Position numbers and translations under genes: made by a program
DNA from: Enterobacteria phage Aplg8
Sequence record: NC_054902.1
Length of the DNA: 64,000 nt
Strand: one strand, 5' to 3'
Shown: positions 58,388 through 64,000 of the stretch, in pieces
Position numbering within the stretch: the first letter of the stretch is position 1
How the letters are laid out: each line of letters opens with the position of its first letter
Notes under the pieces: generated by a model
What the model was told of the DNA's origin: nothing
The model's database searches: none
What the model saw: only the letters and a program-made list of their open reading frames with translations

Positions 58388-58858
58388 TTAATCATGTGTC
58401 CACACCCCATCGGTATTTGACCAAAGTCGCTGATTATCTGATCCTCGCCACAGCTTTTTAGTCGGAAGATTTTTCTCATACTTCCCATCAATAATAACAT
58501 CAACATATTTAAGCATTTCTAGTTGTTTAATATCTTCAAACTTATATCCTGTCCACAACCAAATGCTTTTATTGGGATAAAGATTTTTAATAGTTTGAAC
58601 CACAGAGTGAATCACGTCTCTGTTATCAGGATAGAGAGGGTCTCCTCCAGTTATAGTTAATCCTTCTATATAATCATTATTCAAACATTCAATTAATTGC
58701 TCTAGTGTTTCACCAGTGAATGGAATACCATTTCTAGCATTCCATGTTGATTTATTATAACACCCTTCACATTTATGCAAACAACCTGTAACGAAAAGAA
58801 CGACCCTGCAACCAGGGCCATTCACAAAATCACAGGGATAAAATCTATCGTAATTCAT
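58388..58858 (-). CDS. nrdG: Anaerobic ribonucleotide reductase activating protein NrdG (radical SAM)
   Basis: 156 aa; Cys cluster CDFVNGPGCRVVLFVTGCLHKCEGC. Confidence 0.85.
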   Translation of the reverse strand: MNYDRFYPCDFVNGPGCRVVLFVTGCLHKCEGCYNKSTWNARNGIPFTGETLEQLIECLNNDYIEGLTITGGDPLYPDNRDVIHSVVQTIKNLYPNKSIWLWTGYKFEDIKQLEMLKYVDVIIDGKYEKNLPTKKLWRGSDNQRLWSNTDGVWTHD

Positions 58859-60672
58859 TGGTGTTTAACCCTATGCATGATTTCTTTATTTTTACCGAGA
58901 TTAAATCCGCGCTCGTTCGGATTTCCCAAATAACCACATGTTCTTCTTATGGTATTCATCTTTTTAGGATCAGTTTCTCCACAAATAGAACAAACAAATC
59001 CGTTTTCAGTAGGAGTCATTTCATGGGTACTTCCGCATGTAAAACACTTATCTACTGGCATGTTAACACCAAAATAATCTAAATGTTGTGCAGCATAATC
59101 CCACACGGCCTCAAGACCTTTTAAGTTATTTTTCATATCAGGAAGTTCAACATAAGAAATGTGACCACCTGTCGCAATGAAATGATATGGCGCTTCACGA
59201 GAAATCTTTTCAAACGGAGTAATATTTTCTTCTACTGAAACATGGAAACTGTTAGTGTACCAGCCTTTATCGGTAACATCTTTTACACTTCCATATTTTT
59301 CTGTATCAAGTTTACAGAAGCGATAACAAAGGTTTTCAGCAGGAGTCGAATACAAACTAAAAGCAAACCCAGTTCTTTCAGCCCACTGTTTAAGACGAGC
59401 ATTCATTTTAGTTAAAATTTCTTGTCCAATGTCACGACCGACAAGAATATTCAATTCATGAATACCAATGTATCCTAAAGACACTGAACTTCTACCGTTT
59501 TTAAATAACTCAATTATGTCGTCATCAGGTTTAAGACGAACCCCGAATGCACCTTCTTGGTAAAGAATAGGAGCAACAGTCGCTTTAACTCCTTTTAAGG
59601 AACTAATTCTACACATCAAAGCTTCAAAACACAGATCCATTCGTTCATTGAATAATTCAACAAATTTCTGTTCATTGAACTGTGTTCCAATATAAGAATC
59701 TAACGCGATGCGAGGAAGATTCAGTGTTACAACACCAAGATTATTACGTCCATCAAGAATTTCATTACCAGTCGAATCTTTCCATACGCTCAAGAAACTA
59801 CGACAACCCATTGGAGAAACAGGAATAGATGAGCCAGTGATAGCTTTATTGTTCTTAGCTGAAATAATATCAGGATACATTCTTTTGCTTGCGCACTCTA
59901 GAGCAAGCTGCTTAATATCGTAGTTCGGATCGTCTTTATAAAGATTAACACCTTCTTCAACGAACATAACAAGCTTAGGGAAAATAGGAGTTATCCCATC
60001 ACGACCGAGACCTTTAATACGATTTTTCAGAATTGCTTTCTGAATCATTCGTTCAGTCCAGTCAGTTCCTGTACCAAATGTAATTGTTACAAAAGGTGTT
60101 TGTCCGTTTGAACTAAAGAGAGTATTTACTTCATATTCATAAGCTTGGAACGCATCGTATACGTCTTTTTCTGTTTTAGATTGGGCATAATTCAACGCAT
60201 CAGCGATTTGCCATTTTTCTGCATCCTCAATATGTTTTGCATAGGTGCGTTTAACATAAGGAGAAAGGACTTTGTCTACATTTGCAAAAGTCGTTCCACC
60301 GTATTGATGGGAAGCAACCTGTGCAGTAATTTGTGCCATAATTGCAGTAGCAACACCGATTGATTTAGGAGTTTCAATCTGTGCATTACCGAGCTTAAAT
60401 CCGTTCTCAAGCATTCCTTTTAAATCTACTAAACAGCAATTAGTAAATGGAAGAGCAGGGGAATAATCAATATCATGGAAATGAATAATTCCGCTTTCAT
60501 GCGCTTTCATAATAAAAGACGGGACCATATTTTTGGCAATGTGTTTAGACACAATACCAGCCATAAGGTCCCGTTGAGTTGGAAAAACACGAGAATCTTT
60601 ATTAGCATTCTCGTTCAAAAGGTCTTTATTAGTTTTATGAATCAATCCTTCAATTTCTTTTTCAATTGTCAT
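58855..60672 (-). CDS. nrdD: Anaerobic ribonucleoside-triphosphate reductase NrdD, uninterrupted
   Basis: 605 aa continuous ORF; C-terminal zinc ribbon (CFTCGS...CSICG) and glycyl-radical region (RTCGYLG). Confidence 0.9.
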   Translation of the reverse strand: MTIEKEIEGLIHKTNKDLLNENANKDSRVFPTQRDLMAGIVSKHIAKNMVPSFIMKAHESGIIHFHDIDYSPALPFTNCCLVDLKGMLENGFKLGNAQIETPKSIGVATAIMAQITAQVASHQYGGTTFANVDKVLSPYVKRTYAKHIEDAEKWQIADALNYAQSKTEKDVYDAFQAYEYEVNTLFSSNGQTPFVTITFGTGTDWTERMIQKAILKNRIKGLGRDGITPIFPKLVMFVEEGVNLYKDDPNYDIKQLALECASKRMYPDIISAKNNKAITGSSIPVSPMGCRSFLSVWKDSTGNEILDGRNNLGVVTLNLPRIALDSYIGTQFNEQKFVELFNERMDLCFEALMCRISSLKGVKATVAPILYQEGAFGVRLKPDDDIIELFKNGRSSVSLGYIGIHELNILVGRDIGQEILTKMNARLKQWAERTGFAFSLYSTPAENLCYRFCKLDTEKYGSVKDVTDKGWYTNSFHVSVEENITPFEKISREAPYHFIATGGHISYVELPDMKNNLKGLEAVWDYAAQHLDYFGVNMPVDKCFTCGSTHEMTPTENGFVCSICGETDPKKMNTIRRTCGYLGNPNERGFNLGKNKEIMHRVKHQ

Positions 60673-61142
60673 TTTAAACTCTTTCTAAGCTGCTTCTTAA
60701 ATGAAGCTATTAATTGTGTTTTAGTGTCAGATTCATTATATTCAAATCCTCTTTGAAGCATCTCAGCCATCATTTCCTCTTTTCCTAAACGAGAAAATTC
60801 CTTTGATTTATCTCCAACGAAGTTAGGGTGAATATTATTTTGGGTGTAATCGGATTTTAAATAAGTAAGTAAATTTTCTAACCATTCAAGATAATCAACG
60901 CCTTGTCCCTTTAAGCCGGAACGATTAAATTTGTGCTTCATTTGACCTTCCGCTGCATTGCAGAGATTACAGAGCAATCCACGTACCTTTCCTGCTTTTT
61001 GTCCATTTAATTCATGATCATGGTCAAGGTGATTAGCTTGAACATCAGGATTTAGTTCTCGTTGGCAAATTAAGCATTTACCGTTTTGTGCATTATAAAA
61101 TTTCTGTTTTTCTTCTTTATATAATTTGCCAGTCAATAACAT
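60669..61142 (-). CDS. 49: Endonuclease VII (Holliday junction resolvase) gp49
   Basis: 157 aa; MLLTGKLYKEEKQKFY.AQNGKCLICQREL... matches T4 endonuclease VII. Confidence 0.9.
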   Translation of the reverse strand: MLLTGKLYKEEKQKFYNAQNGKCLICQRELNPDVQANHLDHDHELNGQKAGKVRGLLCNLCNAAEGQMKHKFNRSGLKGQGVDYLEWLENLLTYLKSDYTQNNIHPNFVGDKSKEFSRLGKEEMMAEMLQRGFEYNESDTKTQLIASFKKQLRKSLK

Positions 61143-61184
61143 AATAAAACCCTTACCTTAAATAGATAAGGGTATTTATTATTT

Positions 61185-61361
61185 TCAAGTATTGTAAAAC
61201 ATTCGATGCAATCGCTTATATTGTCGAATCATCTTTTTAGTAGGACGAGAATAAGTTCCTATACAAGTGGTCATATTAGGGTCAGTAGGACTTCCTTTAA
61301 TAAAAAGTTTCCAAACCTTACCACCATTTAACTTTTCAGTATAAATTAATTCGGTTTTCAT
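61185..61361 (-). CDS. Hypothetical basic protein, 58 aa
   Basis: ORF filling the gap upstream of gene 49. Not in the ORF track. Confidence 0.3.
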   Translation of the reverse strand: MKTELIYTEKLNGGKVWKLFIKGSPTDPNMTTCIGTYSRPTKKMIRQYKRLHRMFYNT

Positions 61362-61825
61362 TAAAACGCTCGGTCAGAAAAAGAAATTTGAGTTTCAAGC
61401 CATTCAATATATTCTGCCGCGGCTTGCATTAAATTTCCTTCGTAATCATCAATATCTTTTTTCAACGCCGATTTAGATAATGCATATGAAATGCGTTCAC
61501 CCTGAAATCCAGCTTTAGGTTTATGAATAACTTGATCAATTCGTTCTACGACTTCTTCAATTTCGCCATTTTCTGCGGATTCAGTATTCCACAAGCACCA
61601 ATATGTAATTGGCTTATCATAGATGTTAATAATCTTTCCATCAGAAAGTTCAATTTCAATAATTCCAGTGTCAGGCTCTATATCATCTTCACATTCTTTT
61701 GCAAGTTCACGAACTTTAAAGACAGTACCTGCACTAAGTTCCGGCCAGTAATTACACAGCCCTTTATCAGCACGATTAATTCTAAACCACTTATCTACTG
61801 CAATCATACCCCATCTCCATATCAA
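61361..61825 (-). CDS. Hypothetical protein, 154 aa (pin-region)
   Basis: ORF between nrdC and 49; T4 has pin here, but I cannot confirm identity. Confidence 0.4.
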   Translation of the reverse strand: MIWRWGMIAVDKWFRINRADKGLCNYWPELSAGTVFKVRELAKECEDDIEPDTGIIEIELSDGKIINIYDKPITYWCLWNTESAENGEIEEVVERIDQVIHKPKAGFQGERISYALSKSALKKDIDDYEGNLMQAAAEYIEWLETQISFSDRAF

Positions 61826-61930
61826 TTAAGTCATTTATCGTCGGTTCATTATATACTGTTTCTTCATCAGTGTAAACCGGTTCTTTCGGCTCTGGCTCTA
61901 CAGTTTCCCATCTAGCCGCCCACCAAGGTT

Positions 61931-62251
61931 TTATAGTGTAATCCATTCTCGTACTGTCTGAGTTACTACACGTTCACGGGGCTCGACTAGTTCAACAGTC
62001 GGAACTGCATAATACCAGTCAGAATGATAAGAACCTGACCGAGATTCATTTACAGCCACATGTACATTATGTTTTGGACTAAAGTAAACACACTGACGAT
62101 ATTGACATTTACCATCTTGCACCCAGTCTTCTATTTCGACAGGTTTAAGATAATCGGAAAAATCGAAATCATAGTTTTCCGAAAATGCATCATGGTCTTC
62201 GATGATTTCGCTCAGAACTGCATCAACATCTAATTTATTTTCAATAGTCAT
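61931..62251 (-). CDS. Hypothetical protein, 106 aa
   Basis: ORF. Confidence 0.4.
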   Translation of the reverse strand: MTIENKLDVDAVLSEIIEDHDAFSENYDFDFSDYLKPVEIEDWVQDGKCQYRQCVYFSPKHNVHVAVNESRSGSYHSDWYYAVPTVELVEPRERVVTQTVREWITL

Positions 62252-62434
62252 TTTTCACCAATTAATTTCGCAATTTATTAAGTTCTTCATCATCAATCCA
62301 GGATTCTAGTCCTGATGGCAGGTCACATTCAATTTCCCAAAGAAGTTCTTCAATTTTCTGAAGACGATCTAGTTCTTCGGCTGGAATAGTAACCATTGAC
62401 GGAGCTCGTGATACATTAATATCGTAAATCATAT

Positions 62435-62650
62435 TTACCCCAATTTAACCATACAATCGCCGTATTTCCACTTAGAAATAGACTTTTCACCATTAGAATA
62501 ATAAACTTCGAGTTTAGCACGATTATTTTTAATTTGAATAACCTTGGCTGTCATCAAAGTTCCATACCCATAATAAACTGCAACTTCATCACCTACATAT
62601 ACCGCGCTTCCGCGGTAATCATGAATATAGTCAGTTCCTTCGAGCATCAT
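62435..62650 (-). CDS. Hypothetical protein, 71 aa
   Basis: ORF immediately downstream of nrdC. Confidence 0.4.
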   Translation of the reverse strand: MMLEGTDYIHDYRGSAVYVGDEVAVYYGYGTLMTAKVIQIKNNRAKLEVYYSNGEKSISKWKYGDCMVKLG

Positions 62651-62910
62651 TTAAAATATTCTCGCAGTTGGTCAAATCCACCAATATGACTTCCATCAGG
62701 AGCAAATACCTGAGGCATTGTCAAGCCGATTTGAGTATCACGACCTAGTTTAGTCAGAAGCTCAGCGATTTTCTCATCATCAAAAACACCTTTTTCCGGC
62801 ATAATGTTGATAAATTCAAACGGCTGTTTCTTCACAGTCAAAAGACGTTTTGCATTATCGCAATACACGCATTTATGAATGTTGCTATCATAACCATATA
62901 CTTTAAACAT
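62647..62910 (-). CDS. nrdC: Thioredoxin/glutaredoxin NrdC
   Basis: 87 aa; CVYC active site; matches T4 NrdC. Confidence 0.85.
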   Translation of the reverse strand: MFKVYGYDSNIHKCVYCDNAKRLLTVKKQPFEFINIMPEKGVFDDEKIAELLTKLGRDTQIGLTMPQVFAPDGSHIGGFDQLREYFK

Positions 62911-62911
62911 A

Positions 62912-63154
62912 TTATTCCTTAATTCCTAGTACTTGTTTAAAAGTCTCGTCGTAATCAAGACTTTGGCCCGTTTGTTCTTTATGTTTGTATATAATATCAC
63001 TTACTTCTGATAGCATATTTTTATATGAACGAGTTAAAGCAGATTTAAGCACGCTGTATCTATCAGGAAATTTACCATGTTCATTATAATAAGCTATTGC
63101 TAATTCACGGACTGCCTTTTCAGCAGTCTCCATATATTCTTTACGCTTGGTCAT
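62912..63154 (-). CDS. Hypothetical protein, about 80 aa
   Basis: Start at [10 protein letters not shown]...; the longer ORF-track version overlaps the upstream ORF. Confidence 0.35.
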
Positions 63155-63437
63155 TTTCTTCTCGGTCAAATCGGTGTTTACAATGGCGACATTTATAACG
63201 AAGATTATTAGTCTGCCAATGGACCAATTGCACCTGTTCAGTTCCACATTCAGGGCAATTAGGAACGTTTTTAGAAGCCCTTTCGCGACGTTCAACCATA
63301 GCCATAATAGCATCCCATGCTGGAGGTTTAAAATCTAAATCGTCAGTAACTAGCAGTCCTTTATCAAACCCAGCGCATGGAGTCCATTCAGGAAAATCTG
63401 AAGCTTCGGCAATATCTTCTAATAAACGCTTTTTCAT
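63141..63437 (-). CDS. Zinc-ribbon protein, 98 aa
   Basis: C-terminal CPECG...CRHCKH. Confidence 0.4.
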
Positions 63438-63955
63438 TTCAGTACCTCAATAGCATCACGTAAACCATTTGCTTTGGCGGTTAAAGCCTTAATAACTTTA
63501 GTATGCTCTTCAATCTGTTTTTCAACTTCAATCAAACGGGCACTGAGATATTCGCGTTCTTCTTTCATAGTATCATTCCCATGATTGGGCTTTGGCGTAG
63601 GTTTAAATTTATTAGGGTCCTTTAACTTAATAACAACTTTAGTTTCAAACAGTGAAAGACCATAATTCGTATTATCATCAAAGGATTCAACTACGTCCAT
63701 TTTAGACAATAACGTACGAAGATTATAAGTCAAAGAACGAATCGTTTTATTATGTTTATTAGCTTCACATGGTTTCATATATGGAAGATTTTTATATATT
63801 TCATGCGGAGCACAAACAATAATTGACAATTCAAATGGTCCATTCTGTGATGATGGAATGAATTTAGCCGTAACCCAATCTTTTACATTTACATTAATAG
63901 TACGATCATCGCCATGACAAAACAGTCTACGAGAATGCTTAAAAAGCATATTCAC
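63434..63955 (-). CDS. Hypothetical protein, about 171-173 aa
   Basis: ORF; the ORF-track start is GTG, an in-frame ATG lies 2 codons in. Confidence 0.4.
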   Translation of the reverse strand: MNMLFKHSRRLFCHGDDRTINVNVKDWVTAKFIPSSQNGPFELSIIVCAPHEIYKNLPYMKPCEANKHNKTIRSLTYNLRTLLSKMDVVESFDDNTNYGLSLFETKVVIKLKDPNKFKPTPKPNHGNDTMKEEREYLSARLIEVEKQIEEHTKVIKALTAKANGLRDAIEVLK

Positions 63956-64000
63956 ATTATTATTAAATTCGTGTGAAAACTCACTGGCAAATTTTTCTTT

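Noticed and set aside
62912-63313. 133-aa ORF overlapping the 98-aa zinc-ribbon ORF
   Set aside because: The N-terminal half overlaps 63141-63437 in another frame; an internal start (MTKRKEY..., 62912-63154) gives a non-overlapping gene.
1-64000. tRNA or other structured RNA genes
   Set aside because: No cloverleaf-like GC-rich 70-90-nt segments with conserved T-loop (GTTCRANYC) were seen; the T4 tRNA cluster lies outside this map interval.

Overview
This window is a contiguous segment of a T4-like (T-even, Tequatrovirus-type) myovirus genome in T4 map orientation. No database search was possible, so all identifications rest on my recognition of T4 protein sequences, lengths and gene order, plus motifs visible in the ORF translations. 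Positions 1-8105 (+ strand) carry the late long-tail-fibre genes 34 (3' part), 35, 36, 37, 38 and holin t, with TATAAATA late promoters. Positions 8106-64000 (almost entirely - strand) carry the early/middle host-takeover and DNA-metabolism block in T4 order: asiA, arn-like, motA, 52, ac-like micro-membrane paralogues, stp, ndd, denB, rIIB, rIIA, 39, a variable small-ORF region with a three-member paralogue family, dexA, dda, srd-like, modA, modB, soc, 56, 61, sp, dmd-like, 41, uvsX, a DxD glycosyltransferase at the beta-gt locus, 42, imm, 43, regA, 62, 44, 45, rpbA, 46, 47, agt, 55, nrdH, nrdG, nrdD, 49 and nrdC. The region is dense with T4-type early promoters and GC-rich tetraloop hairpins. 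I did not find a clearly novel multi-gene system; the most unusual loci are listed here. Compared with T4 as I remember it, the window lacks the T4 selfish elements (gene 60/mobA split of gene 39, segA, segF, mobD, nrdD intron) and has no dam gene between 56 and 61. Instead it has two HNH-endonuclease-like ORFs flanking gene 46, one of which begins with a duplicated 5' segment of its neighbour. It also has a GT-A-type glycosyltransferase where T4 has beta-gt, and a + strand membrane ORF in the 56-61 gap.
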